Notes: generated by a model not told the origin, from the sequence alone. Numbered from the stretch's first letter, positions 30,546 through 40,587 are shown. The stretch: 44,351 nucleotides of DNA from Bacillales bacterium UBA1361 (GCA_002306335.1 DBRT01000015.1:9713-54063), one strand, 5' to 3'. A program made the numbers and translations.

Positions 30546-31499
30546 ATGGCTACATTAAAAGATATTGCAAAAGCTACTGGATTTTCTGTTATTACTGTTT
30601 CGCGTGTCATAAATTCACCGCATTTAGTGAAAGAAAAAACACGGAAGATTATTGAAGCAGAAATAGCGCGGCAAAATTTTAAGCCGAACGTTTTAGCTAG
30701 AGCACTCGTCCAAAATCGCACGAATATCATTTATGTGTATATTCCCGCTGATATTGATGCGATTAACCCGTTCTTTTTACATGTTGTGTCTGGTATAGGC
30801 GAAGTACTTGGCGAAAAAGGTTTTTCCTTACTCTTAAAAAGATCGTGGTATGAGGGCGAAGATTGTGATGGCTGTATTTTCATGGGACTTAGCGCGGAAG
30901 ATGAAGCAAAGGTATTTGAACTTTCAAAAACTAAACCAGTGTGCGTCTTTGGCTATGTAGAAGGAGTGTCAAGTGTTGACGTTGATAATTATCAAGGGCT
31001 TTACTTAATGACAAGTCACGTACTTAGTAAAGGCTATCGAACACTGACATATTTAGGAATTGATGACTATAGACGGTTTATCTTACAGCGTAAAAAAGGA
31101 TTTAGTGACGCAGTTATGAGTCAAAAAGATAAAATTACTGTAAAATATTTGGCCGCTAAAAATAATGAAAATGACGCTTATAAAGTCGTGGGTCAAAGTT
31201 TAAAACAAGGTGATACTCCTGAAGTAATTGTGTGCGCTACAGATGATATGGCAATTGGTGCTATTCGCGCAATTAAAGAAAAAGGTTTAGAAGTACCGCG
31301 TGACATAGCAGTAACTGGGTTTGATGGGTTAGGTACCCAAGAAGTAGCGCACCCTCGACTTACTACCATTCATCAACCAATTTACGAAGCCGGAAAAGCA
31401 CTTGCCCATCGCATTATTGCCCTGATTGAAAATAAAAATGAATTACCAGTTAATCACGCATTCATTGAAACAACGATTATTCATCGCGAATCAATCTAG
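30546..31499 (+). CDS. LacI-family transcriptional regulator
   Basis: TLKDIAKATGFSVITVSRVIN HTH, PNVLARAL hinge, VTGFDG, LTTIHQP. Confidence 0.95.
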   Translation: MATLKDIAKATGFSVITVSRVINSPHLVKEKTRKIIEAEIARQNFKPNVLARALVQNRTNIIYVYIPADIDAINPFFLHVVSGIGEVLGEKGFSLLLKRSWYEGEDCDGCIFMGLSAEDEAKVFELSKTKPVCVFGYVEGVSSVDVDNYQGLYLMTSHVLSKGYRTLTYLGIDDYRRFILQRKKGFSDAVMSQKDKITVKYLAAKNNENDAYKVVGQSLKQGDTPEVIVCATDDMAIGAIRAIKEKGLEVPRDIAVTGFDGLGTQEVAHPRLTTIHQPIYEAGKALAHRIIALIENKNELPVNHAFIETTIIHRESI

Positions 31500-31548
31500 C
31501 TATTACATAGAATTTCAGTTTAACTTGCAAAATTAGCAATTATATTTC

Positions 31549-31570
31549 AAAATGATAACGATAACATTTT
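31549..31570. promoter_or_regulatory. Putative LacI-family operator
   Basis: Imperfect palindrome aaaatgataaCGataacatttt centred on CG, between lacI and the SBP gene. Confidence 0.65.
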
Positions 31571-31585
31571 ATAGAGGTGCACAAA

Positions 31586-32953
31586 ATGAAACCGAAGAAA
31601 ATAACAACAATCTTATTTAGTCTTTTTTTGGCTTTATCACTCAGTGTTGTGACTGGCTGAAAAGATGGTAGTGAAAATGGTGGGAGTGATGACCCAATTA
31701 ACTTTTGGGCCTATCAGCCTTCAAAACAAACAGACCAAACAGCGTATAAAAATTTAATTGCTGACTTTACAGCGGAAACAGGAATTAAAGTTAAATTACT
31801 GATGGTCGTTAAAGATAGTTATAACAAATCACTTAATGCGGCGATAAGTTCACGCAGTAAACCAGATTTAGCTTATTTCGATCAACCACGGATTAGTGAT
31901 TATGCGCACGACGACACGATTGCTAAACTAGACGAATATATCGCTAATAGTGCGGTTATTGATAATACTAAATTCTTTACTTCAGGTTTAGCGACAACGG
32001 TGTATAAAGGTAGTCAGTACGGTGTGCCACTGAATATGACAACATCAGTGCTTTTTTACAATAAAGACATCGTCACGACCCCGCCCACTAGTTGGCAAGA
32101 ATGGCTTAACACCCCAGTAACTGGACATAATCAGTCACTATTTGACGGGATTGGCACTGGAGGATATGCGGGATGGTTCACTGACCCTGAATTAACGATT
32201 GCTTATGTTCCGGGTCTATTAACTGCTGATTTAACACTCTACGGAAAATACGTTGAATCACAAGATACTACTTTAATCTTCTATGACCCGAATAAAGTTC
32301 TTTCAAGTGGTGACGTTTATCTTTATACATGGGACGGTGATGGTCGCAAAATAACAGGCAATTGGCCTGGAACAGCAATGTTTAATCACGGATTCGGCTA
32401 CTATTCATGGTTTTTCCATGCTGCCTATCTTACCGAAAACGTTATATTCCACGATAATGCTGGAAATCAAACGGGCGATATAGTGTGGGAAATTGGTAAA
32501 AATGTCTATCATCAAGAAACAGGAACATGGACTTTTGTTAGTGAAGTTCATCATAAAGCTACCGTATACGCGAGTAAGATTCTTGAAAAAACGGCAACAT
32601 GTGACGCAACAGGTGCAGCAAATAATTTAAATGCACCAGAATGGAATGAAACACTAGCGAATCAATATAATGACTCACTTGATCCTACAACAAAAGCGTA
32701 TTTAAAAACAGCGGTTGCTGATTCTAATGGTGACTTATTAGCGCAAGCAATGGCGCGTTATGACTATATTGTGAAGAAGTATGGAACCGCAATGTTTAGT
32801 AACTTCCTTGACCGGACAATCCCTGCTAGTGGATCTCCGCTTGTAAGTAATGAAGGCACAAACAATGCACTGGTAATGGGGGCATTTATCGTTATGGCAT
32901 TAGTTGCTCTTGCTGGCTTTAAATTAATCAGTAAAAAACATCGTTATCACTAA
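31586..32953 (+). pseudogene. Chimeric gene: sugar ABC solute-binding lipoprotein N-half fused to partial B-repeat, CBM26-like module and C-terminal TM anchor; in-frame TGA at codon 25
   Basis: ATG 31586 with SD GAGGTG gives MKPKKITTILFSLFLALSLSVVTG*KDGSENGGSDDPINFWAY...FTAETGIKVKL, in frame with ORF 31802. SBP motifs PDL, YGVP, LFYNKD. Then GWFTDPELT, YLYTW...WPGTAM...VIF, TM helix and KKHRYH tail. Confidence 0.75.
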
Positions 32954-32979
32954 ATTATAAAACAACGTTTTATGTAACT

Positions 32980-33008
32980 AAAGGCTGGGGTTTGACTCCA
33001 GCCTTTTT
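32980..33008 (+). terminator. Intrinsic terminator
   Basis: aaaggctgggg-tttga-ctccagcctttt. Confidence 0.85.
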
Positions 33009-33023
33009 AAACATTAATAAAAA

Positions 33024-33062
33024 TAGGTTGAATTTATCCTAATAATAATCTATAATTATCCT
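33024..33062 (+). promoter_or_regulatory. phd-doc promoter with overlapping operator
   Basis: TTGAAT-17 nt-TATAAT (33028-33056). Inverted repeat taggt..atccta lies over the -35 and a second ttatcct follows the -10. Confidence 0.6.
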
Positions 33063-33074
33063 GAGGGTGCGATA

Positions 33075-33311
33075 ATGATTATTAAAACAGAGCAAATTAT
33101 TACAATGACTGATGCAAATCAAAATTTTTCAAAAGCTTCAAAAACTGCGGAAAAATATGGTTCCGCTGTGATATTTAAAAATAACAAGCCAAAATACATT
33201 CTTGCAGATATTGAACAATATATTGAGTTAACAGAAGACGAAAAGATAGAAATAGTTGCGAAAAGAATCCTTAGTAAACATATCAACGCCTTTAAAAATT
33301 TAGCAAAATGA
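33075..33311 (+). CDS. Phd/YefM-family antitoxin
   Basis: ITMTDANQNFSK..AVIFKNNKPKYIL; ATGA overlap with doc. Confidence 0.88.
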   Translation: MIIKTEQIITMTDANQNFSKASKTAEKYGSAVIFKNNKPKYILADIEQYIELTEDEKIEIVAKRILSKHINAFKNLAK

Positions 33312-33687
33312 TTAAATTTACTAAAGAACGAATATTATTCTATATAAACTCATAATTGAGGCCACAGGAGGAGTTTTTGGTATTCGTGATGAGAGTCTAC
33401 TAGAATCAGCAATTGAAGCACCATATCAAACTTTTGATGGTGTTGAACTTTTCCCGACTAAAATTGAAAAGGCAGCTAGACTTGGCTTTGGATTTATTTC
33501 AAATCATCCGTTTGTGGATGGTAATAAAAGAATTGGCTTATATGTGATGCTTTCTTTTTTACAAATAAATGGGATTATAATTTCTTTTACTGATGACGAA
33601 ATTGAACAAATAGCCGTTGGAATCGCAAGCGGAGCTATTAACTATGTTGATTTAAAAAGAATTCTCGAACAAAAAATTGATAATTAA
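33308..33687 (+). pseudogene. doc: Doc-family (Fic/Doc) toxin, frameshifted
   Basis: ATG frame reads MIKFTKERILFYINS*. A shifted frame continues LYKLIIEATGGVFGIRDESLLESA...NHPFVDGNKRIG...KIDN*. Span is 380 nt (3n-1). Confidence 0.88.
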
Positions 33688-33808
33688 ACATATTAAGCAT
33701 TATAATTCACATTAAAAATCATATAGTTAATTTATATTTTAATTGCATATTCTTAACAACGGATTTTACTTTGTCAATTAACAATCTCGAATAATTTTCA
33801 GTTTTGTG

Positions 33809-33837
33809 TTGACATTATTTAGCAATGTCCCTATAAT
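33809..33837 (+). promoter_or_regulatory. Consensus SigA promoter of the str operon
   Basis: TTGACA-17 nt-TATAAT. Confidence 0.85.
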
Positions 33838-33942
33838 ATCAAAGTGCAATGACCTAAAGGTCGTTTTTAAAACAAAAACCTTGATACACCCGGTTGTGTG
33901 TCGAGTAGCAGAAAAGAAGATTCGAAGAAAGGAGAAAGATGG

Positions 33943-34365
33943 ATGCCAACAATTAATCAATTAGTGCGTCATGGCCGTCAAAAGGCAGTCTACAAATCAA
34001 AATCACCTGCCCTTACCAAACGCTGGAACTCACTTAAACGTCGTGAAGTTAATCAGTATTCTTCACATAAGCGTGGTGTGTGTACCCGGGTTGGAACAAT
34101 GACACCAAAGAAACCTAACTCAGCGTTACGTAAGTACGCTCGTGTACGGTTATCAAATGGTTATGAAGTTACAGCCTACATTGGTGGAGAAGGACATAAC
34201 TTACAAGAACACAGCACCGTATTAATTCGTGGGGGTCGTGTTAAAGACTTACCAGGGGTCCGCTATCACATCGTGCGCGGTACATTAGACACCGCTGGTG
34301 TGGAAAAAAGACGTCAAGGTCGTAGTCAATACGGAACAAAACGCCCACATACTGCTGAACATTAA
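33943..34365 (+). CDS. rpsL: 30S ribosomal protein S12
   Basis: [32 protein letters not shown]. Start corrected to ATG 33943 (SD AAGGAG). Confidence 0.98.
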   Translation: MPTINQLVRHGRQKAVYKSKSPALTKRWNSLKRREVNQYSSHKRGVCTRVGTMTPKKPNSALRKYARVRLSNGYEVTAYIGGEGHNLQEHSTVLIRGGRVKDLPGVRYHIVRGTLDTAGVEKRRQGRSQYGTKRPHTAEH

Positions 34366-34412
34366 TAAAAAAATAAACAAACTACTTATTATCGAAGGAA
34401 GGAGGAAACGAT

Positions 34413-34883
34413 ATGCCTCGTAAAGGAAGTGTTGCAAAACGTGACGTCTTACCAGACCCAATTTATCACTCAAAGCTCGTTACCCGCTTAATTAATAAAT
34501 TAATGTATGACGGGAAACGCGGAACAGCCCAAACGATTCTTTATAACGCTTTTGAACGTATCGAAGCGAAAACAAAACAACCTGCAATGGACGTTTTTGC
34601 AACTGCAATTAGTAATATTATGCCTGAGGTCGAACTTAAGGTTCGTCGTGTCGGTGGCCAAAACTATCAAGTCCCGACTGATGTGAGCCCAGAGCGTAAA
34701 ACAACATTAGGTCTTCGTTGGTTAGTGAACTATTCACGCTTACGCAATGAAAGAACAATGGAAGAAAGACTCGCAGCGGAAATTATTGACGCTGCTAATG
34801 GAACAGGCGCGTCCGTCAAACGTCGTGATGACACCCATAAGATGGCGGAAGCTAACAAAGCTTATGCGCATTATCGGTACTAG
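34413..34883 (+). CDS. rpsG: 30S ribosomal protein S7
   Basis: [26 protein letters not shown]. Confidence 0.98.
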   Translation: MPRKGSVAKRDVLPDPIYHSKLVTRLINKLMYDGKRGTAQTILYNAFERIEAKTKQPAMDVFATAISNIMPEVELKVRRVGGQNYQVPTDVSPERKTTLGLRWLVNYSRLRNERTMEERLAAEIIDAANGTGASVKRRDDTHKMAEANKAYAHYRY

Positions 34884-34891
34884 GAGGACCC

Positions 34892-36973
34892 ATGGCCGAT
34901 TTAACTAAATTTGATTTGCAACATACGCGTAATATCGGAATTATGGCGCATATTGACGCGGGGAAAACAACGACAACAGAGCGTATTCTTTACTACACTG
35001 GTCGTTTACATAAAGTCGGTGAAACACACGAAGGTGCATCCGCAATGGACTGGATGGCCCAAGAAAAAGAACGCGGTATTACAATTACAAGTGCGGCGAC
35101 AACCGCCTTTTGGAAAGAAAACCGCATTAATATCATTGATACCCCAGGACACGTCGACTTTACAGTTGAAGTTGAACGTTCATTACGTGTACTTGATGGT
35201 GCTGTCACAGTATTAGATGGTAAAAGTGGTGTTGAACCACAAACGGAAACTGTGTGGCGTCAAGGCACAAAATACAATGTCCCACGCATCGTTTTTGTCA
35301 ATAAAATGGATGCAACTGGCGCTGATTTCAATATGGCGGTTAGCACGCTTCATAGCCGACTTGCCGCAAACGCTGAACCTGTGCAAATTCCCATCGGTGT
35401 TGAAAGTAACTTCCGTGGAATCATCGATATTATTGAAGAAAAAACATATATTTATGATGATAATATCGCTAATGTTTCAATCGAAGAAGTTCCGGAAGAA
35501 TACCTAGAAGAAATGCACATTGCAAAACAAAACTTAATCGAAAAACTTGCCGCCTTTGATGACGACTTCATGATTCAAGTCTTAGAAGGCGAAACTCCAA
35601 GTGTTTCAGAAATCAAACGCGTTATTCGTAAAGCCGTCTTAACTGGTGAATTCTTCCCAGTATTCTGTGGTAGTGCTTATAAAAACAAAGGTATTCAACC
35701 ACTGCTTGACGGCGTTGTCGATTACTTACCAAGTCCGTTAGATGTCCCGCCGGCAAAAGCTGAACTACTTGATGGTACTGAAATTATTACCCCAAGTGAC
35801 GCTGATGCACCACTTGCGGCCTTAGCCTTTAAAATCGCGACCGACCCATTTGTGGGACGCCTAGCGTATGTCCGTGTCTATTCAGGTACGATTAAAGCTG
35901 GATCCTATGTGTATAACAGTATTAAAGGCGTTCGTGAACGGATTAGTCGTTTAGTGCTCATGCACAGTAATCACCGCGAAGAAGTAAGTGAACTTAAAGC
36001 TGGTGATATTGGTGCGGTTGTCGGATTTAAAAACACGACAACAGGGGATACAATTTGTGATGAAAAGAATAAATTAATCTTAGAACGCATGGAATTCCCT
36101 GAACCTGTTATTGAACAAGCAATCGAACCAAAGACCCGTGCTGACCAAGACAAAATGACAAATGGACTTGCTAAGTTAATGGAAGAAGATCCAACATTTA
36201 AGGTGACGACTAACCCCGAAACTGGACAAACAATTATCGCTGGTGTTGGTGAACTTCACCTTGATGTCTTAGTCGACAGATTACGCCGTGAATTTGGTGT
36301 TAATGTTAATGTCGGTGCCCCAATGGTTGGCTACCGCGAAACAATTAGCCAAGAGGCGGAATGCGAAGGCAAATATATTAAACAATCTGGTGGGCGCGGA
36401 CAATATGGTCATGTGTGGATTCGCTTTGAACCAAACCCAGGCAAAGGTTTCGAATTTGTCGATGCAATTGTCGGTGGTGTGATCCCGCGCGAATACATTA
36501 AGCCAACCGAAGAAGGTTTAAAAGACGCATTAGTGCGCGGTTTAGTCGCTGGATATCAAGTAATTGATATTAAGGCTACACTGTATGATGGCAGTTATCA
36601 CGATGTTGATAGTAGTGAAGCTGCTTACAAAATTGCTGCATCAATGGCGCTTAAAGAAGCGGGACGCCTAGCAGAACCCGTCTTACTTGAACCAATTATG
36701 AAAGTTGAAATTACTGTTCCAGAACAGTATTATGGCGACGTGCTTAGTGACTTAGCAAGACGCCGCGGTTCAATGAAGGATGAAAGCCAACGCGGAAACG
36801 CTAAAGTTATTGATGCTGAAGTACCACTTTCCGAAATGTTTGGCTACGTTACTGATTTACGTAGTTTCACCCAAGGTCGTGGTACATATACGATGACTTT
36901 TGATCACTATGGCGAATGTCCACGCTACATCGCAGATGAAATCGTCAAAAAGAGTGGAACTAGTGCTCGCTAG
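34892..36973 (+). CDS. fusA: Elongation factor G
   Basis: [34 protein letters not shown]. Confidence 0.99.
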   Translation: MADLTKFDLQHTRNIGIMAHIDAGKTTTTERILYYTGRLHKVGETHEGASAMDWMAQEKERGITITSAATTAFWKENRINIIDTPGHVDFTVEVERSLRVLDGAVTVLDGKSGVEPQTETVWRQGTKYNVPRIVFVNKMDATGADFNMAVSTLHSRLAANAEPVQIPIGVESNFRGIIDIIEEKTYIYDDNIANVSIEEVPEEYLEEMHIAKQNLIEKLAAFDDDFMIQVLEGETPSVSEIKRVIRKAVLTGEFFPVFCGSAYKNKGIQPLLDGVVDYLPSPLDVPPAKAELLDGTEIITPSDADAPLAALAFKIATDPFVGRLAYVRVYSGTIKAGSYVYNSIKGVRERISRLVLMHSNHREEVSELKAGDIGAVVGFKNTTTGDTICDEKNKLILERMEFPEPVIEQAIEPKTRADQDKMTNGLAKLMEEDPTFKVTTNPETGQTIIAGVGELHLDVLVDRLRREFGVNVNVGAPMVGYRETISQEAECEGKYIKQSGGRGQYGHVWIRFEPNPGKGFEFVDAIVGGVIPREYIKPTEEGLKDALVRGLVAGYQVIDIKATLYDGSYHDVDSSEAAYKIAASMALKEAGRLAEPVLLEPIMKVEITVPEQYYGDVLSDLARRRGSMKDESQRGNAKVIDAEVPLSEMFGYVTDLRSFTQGRGTYTMTFDHYGECPRYIADEIVKKSGTSAR

Positions 36974-37004
36974 TCCGCAAATGCTATATAAATAGCACAA
37001 TGAT

Positions 37005-37033
37005 TTGATAAAAAATTAAAATTGCTATAAACT
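37005..37033 (+). promoter_or_regulatory. Probable internal tuf promoter
   Basis: TTGATA-17 nt-TAAACT in the fusA-tuf spacer. Confidence 0.5.
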
Positions 37034-37081
37034 GATAGCGTTGCAATAAATTAAAACGCTACAAGTTAGGAGGAAATTATT

Positions 37082-38266
37082 ATGGCAAAAGAAAGATTTG
37101 ACAGAAGTAAAGTCCACGTTAACGTTGGTACCATTGGTCACGTTGACCACGGTAAAACAACCTTAACCGCAGCTATTACCAAAGTCCTCGCATCGCAAGG
37201 CGGTGCAAAATTAATGGCGTATGATCAAATTGACCGTGCACCAGAAGAAAAAGAACGCGGAATTACAATTAATACTTCACACATTGAGTATCAAACCGCC
37301 ACTCGTCACTATGCTCACGTTGACTGTCCGGGACACGCTGACTATGTTAAAAACATGATTACCGGTGCCGCACAAATGGACGGAGCAATTCTCGTTGTGG
37401 CCGCTACTGACGGTGTTATGCCACAAACACGTGAACACATCTTACTTGCACGTCAAGTTGGTGTTCCTTACGTTGTAGTCTTCTTAAATAAAGTTGACTT
37501 AGTCGACGACCCAGAACTCGTTGACATCGTCGAAATGGAAGTTCGTGAATTACTTAACGAATACGGATTCCCAGGCGATGATACCCCAATCGTTCGCGGC
37601 AGTGCCCGTGATGCATTAGACGGTAAAGCAGATGCTGAAAAAGCAATCATCGAATTAATGGAAGCTGTTGACAGCTACATTCCTGACCCAGAACGCTTAA
37701 CCGATCGTCCATTCCTTCTCCCAATCGAAGACGTCATGACCATCAGTGGTCGTGGTACCGTCGTCACTGGTAGAGTGGAACGCGGAATGGTCAAATTAAA
37801 CGAACCAGTTGAAATCGTTGGTATTCGTCCAACTAAATCAACCGTCGTTACTGGCCTTGAAATGTTCCGTAAATTACTCGACAGCGCCCAAGCTGGTGAC
37901 AACGTTGGTGTTTTACTCCGCGGTGTCGCACGCGACGAAGTCGAACGTGGTCAAGTCTTAGCCAAACCTGGCTCAGTTAAACCACACACAAAATTCACAA
38001 GCACCGTTTACGTCTTAACAAAAGAAGAAGGTGGTCGTCACACTGCATTCTTATCAAACTATCGTCCACAATTCTACTTCCGGACAACTGACATTACCGG
38101 TGTTGTAACACTACCAGCCGATGTGCAAATGGTTATGCCTGGCGATACCGTCACCTTAACCGTTGAACTCATTCACCCAGTCGCCATTGAAAATGGAACT
38201 AAGTTCTCCATTCGTGAAGGTGGCCGCACTGTTGGTGCCGGTACTGTTACCGAAATCTTAAAATAA
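37082..38266 (+). CDS. tuf: Elongation factor Tu
   Basis: [38 protein letters not shown]. Confidence 0.99.
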   Translation: MAKERFDRSKVHVNVGTIGHVDHGKTTLTAAITKVLASQGGAKLMAYDQIDRAPEEKERGITINTSHIEYQTATRHYAHVDCPGHADYVKNMITGAAQMDGAILVVAATDGVMPQTREHILLARQVGVPYVVVFLNKVDLVDDPELVDIVEMEVRELLNEYGFPGDDTPIVRGSARDALDGKADAEKAIIELMEAVDSYIPDPERLTDRPFLLPIEDVMTISGRGTVVTGRVERGMVKLNEPVEIVGIRPTKSTVVTGLEMFRKLLDSAQAGDNVGVLLRGVARDEVERGQVLAKPGSVKPHTKFTSTVYVLTKEEGGRHTAFLSNYRPQFYFRTTDITGVVTLPADVQMVMPGDTVTLTVELIHPVAIENGTKFSIREGGRTVGAGTVTEILK

Positions 38267-38287
38267 GATTTAAAGCATTACACAACT

Positions 38288-38311
38288 AACTCCTCTTCGG
38301 AGGAGTTTTTT
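38288..38311 (+). terminator. Intrinsic terminator after tuf
   Basis: aactcctc-TTCG-gaggagtt followed by a T run. Confidence 0.92.
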
Positions 38312-38377
38312 GTTTACGATTATATCGTAACAATTGAAATATATGATAGTTTTTAGTAGCATAGTACTTAGCGAAAT

Positions 38378-39490
38378 ATGAAAAAAGAAAAGAAAATTAC
38401 CCAACCTAATTTAGATACAGTTCCAGGTGGCGCTTTAAAGCGTACTGGTGCAGTTTTAATTGACCTTGTCATTATGTATTTATTAATGAATGTATTATGG
38501 TTTGCCATTCATCCAATTTATAACAAAGTTTATGATATTGATAATGTTGTGACCGCACATGAGCGTGATAAAAAACGTAGTAACTTAGTCGTCCTTAATG
38601 AACCGATTCTTGATGATGAAAGCAATATTGACTTAGTTAAAGTTGAAAGTAATCAATTACCAGAAACAAAACGCGGGGAAGGTGTCTTTAAGTTTTACAC
38701 AGTCTTTTTGCGCAGTGAACAAGAAGCGAAATTAGCGGCGGGTGAAATTGATAATACACCTGAAAATAATGCAATGTTTACATTTGATTGGTACTTAGAA
38801 AATGTCATTAAACCTGATACGGAAGAATCAATTTATTTACGCATTCCCACTGATGAACATTTAGGAGCAGAAGGCGCGGTTAGTAGTGAAGAAACTGCTG
38901 AACCGGAGTACGACACTTTTCGTCCAGCGGGATTAGATTTTAAAGCGGATTTAACTGCGGAAGATATTAATAAATTTAATAACCGCATTTACAATCAAGC
39001 AGTGAACGCTTTTAATTTACGACCGAATATGACAATCATTAATAAGGTTAATATTCAGGAAAATATAATCTTGATGGTGCTTGGTAGCACTGTCGTCTTT
39101 TTAGTGTTCCCGCTTTTCTTTAAACACGGTCAAACACTCGGCAAAAAGGCCTTAAAATTAGGAGTAACGACGCGTCATGGTTACACAGTTACTGTGCCGT
39201 GGTTATTACTTCGTTACTTTGCTTTCTTATTTATTAACTTATTAAGTAATCTCTTAATTCCAATTATTTTACCGTTTATCTCACTCACAATTATGACCTT
39301 TAGTAAAGAGCGTCGCAGTGCGCATGACTTTATCGCTAATACGAAAGTAATTGATTTACAAAATTCGACAGTATATAAAAGTGAAGCTGAGTTCTTAGAA
39401 GCACAAAAAAGATATAGTCCTAGACTTGAGGCTGAAGACTTTAATGAAGAAGTATTTAGTGAACGCTTCGATGAAGAAAGTGGCGCCTAA
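38378..39490 (+). CDS. RDD-family membrane protein with large extracytoplasmic loop
   Basis: KRTGAVLID, GQTLGKKALKL, RRSAHDFIANTKV. Confidence 0.82.
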   Translation: MKKEKKITQPNLDTVPGGALKRTGAVLIDLVIMYLLMNVLWFAIHPIYNKVYDIDNVVTAHERDKKRSNLVVLNEPILDDESNIDLVKVESNQLPETKRGEGVFKFYTVFLRSEQEAKLAAGEIDNTPENNAMFTFDWYLENVIKPDTEESIYLRIPTDEHLGAEGAVSSEETAEPEYDTFRPAGLDFKADLTAEDINKFNNRIYNQAVNAFNLRPNMTIINKVNIQENIILMVLGSTVVFLVFPLFFKHGQTLGKKALKLGVTTRHGYTVTVPWLLLRYFAFLFINLLSNLLIPIILPFISLTIMTFSKERRSAHDFIANTKVIDLQNSTVYKSEAEFLEAQKRYSPRLEAEDFNEEVFSERFDEESGA

Positions 39491-40494
39491 TGAACCATTA
39501 TGTCGTAAAGCAAACAGCAGGTAAACGCTTCCTTGCGGGTTTCCTTGATACGATATTTGTCATTATATTGGCGCTTTTTTTATATATTCCGGCGCGCACT
39601 ATAGTAGACAATAATGGCTTAATCGAAGTGTTTGTTAAAATCACACAAATTCAATTAAAAAGCGGACTATATGACGTTGAAGGGATTGATAATGCAGTAC
39701 CTTACATCATTAATGATGTTGAAAAGTTCCCTAAAGCACTCTACACATTTTACGTTGATGAAAATCTTGAAACAGGCGAAATTGAACGCGGTTACGCTGA
39801 TATATTAGTGGAAGGTCATGAATATAACACTGCAGAAGATTATTATGTCGTTATTTTAGGGAAAGGTCGCGAAGACTCTTTATTTACTTTTGACGCTATT
39901 AATAGTGAAGCGCCGTGGGAAGTTCCTTTTAAAGAAGGGAAGCAAGAAGCGGTGAAGCAATTTTACACTGATGAAATAGAAAAAGCGCATCAACATCTTG
40001 ATTATCATGAAGTAGTAGTTCCGCTCATTATTAAAGCTGAACGGCTTATTTTTTATGCAATGGCGGGAAGTTACTTAACAAGTGCTTTAATTCTTATTGT
40101 CATTATTCCAAACTTTAGGAAAGATAAAGTAACATTTGGTAAGGTAATTACGGGGACCATAGTCTTAAATCGTTTAGGATATAAAATGAGCGTTTTGCAA
40201 GCAAATATGCGCAATTTCGCGATATTTATCTTTAGTTTTGTCTTTTTCTTTGTACCCTTTCATCTCATTTCCTTTGCGATGACACTCTTTTCTAAAAAAC
40301 AACTTAGTATGTATGATCAGCTTGTGGCAACACTCGTGGCGGATAAAAAAACAACGCTTGTCTTTAAAGATGTAAATGAAGAAACAAAGTATCGTAAAGA
40401 GCTCGCACAACGCCTAATTGCCGTTGATAAACGCAAAGCCGAAAGTCGTGAAGAAAGATTACGCGATAAAGAGAAGCTTAATCAAATTGATTAA
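39490..40494 (+). CDS. RDD-family membrane protein with large extracytoplasmic loop
   Basis: KRFLAGFLD, TFGK, SMYDQLVATLV; TAATG overlap with the upstream paralog. Confidence 0.78.
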   Translation: MNHYVVKQTAGKRFLAGFLDTIFVIILALFLYIPARTIVDNNGLIEVFVKITQIQLKSGLYDVEGIDNAVPYIINDVEKFPKALYTFYVDENLETGEIERGYADILVEGHEYNTAEDYYVVILGKGREDSLFTFDAINSEAPWEVPFKEGKQEAVKQFYTDEIEKAHQHLDYHEVVVPLIIKAERLIFYAMAGSYLTSALILIVIIPNFRKDKVTFGKVITGTIVLNRLGYKMSVLQANMRNFAIFIFSFVFFFVPFHLISFAMTLFSKKQLSMYDQLVATLVADKKTTLVFKDVNEETKYRKELAQRLIAVDKRKAESREERLRDKEKLNQID

Positions 40495-40587
40495 AAACTA
40501 CATAATGCCGATAATAAAACAATAGCCAAAAACCTTGATATTGTGCTATTATAAAATAAACATAGCAGACAATCTGCAGGAGGAAAT

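Noticed and set aside
31658-31720. Selenocysteine at the in-frame TGA
   Set aside because: Only weak 4-5 bp stems lie downstream and there is no SECIS-like hairpin right after the codon. A lipobox Cys is not a known Sec context, and no sel genes are in the window.
33308-33360. Programmed frameshift expressing doc
   Set aside because: No X XXY YYZ slippery site or stimulatory hairpin at the break; a simple 1-bp deletion or sequencing error is more parsimonious.
25548-33808. Prophage, ICE or IS origin of the accessory block
   Set aside because: No integrase, transposase, terminal repeats or target duplication could be seen.
33898-33942. N-terminal extension of S12 suggested by the ORF track
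   Set aside because: An SD precedes the canonical MPTINQL start at 33943; the upstream GTG lies within the leader hairpin.
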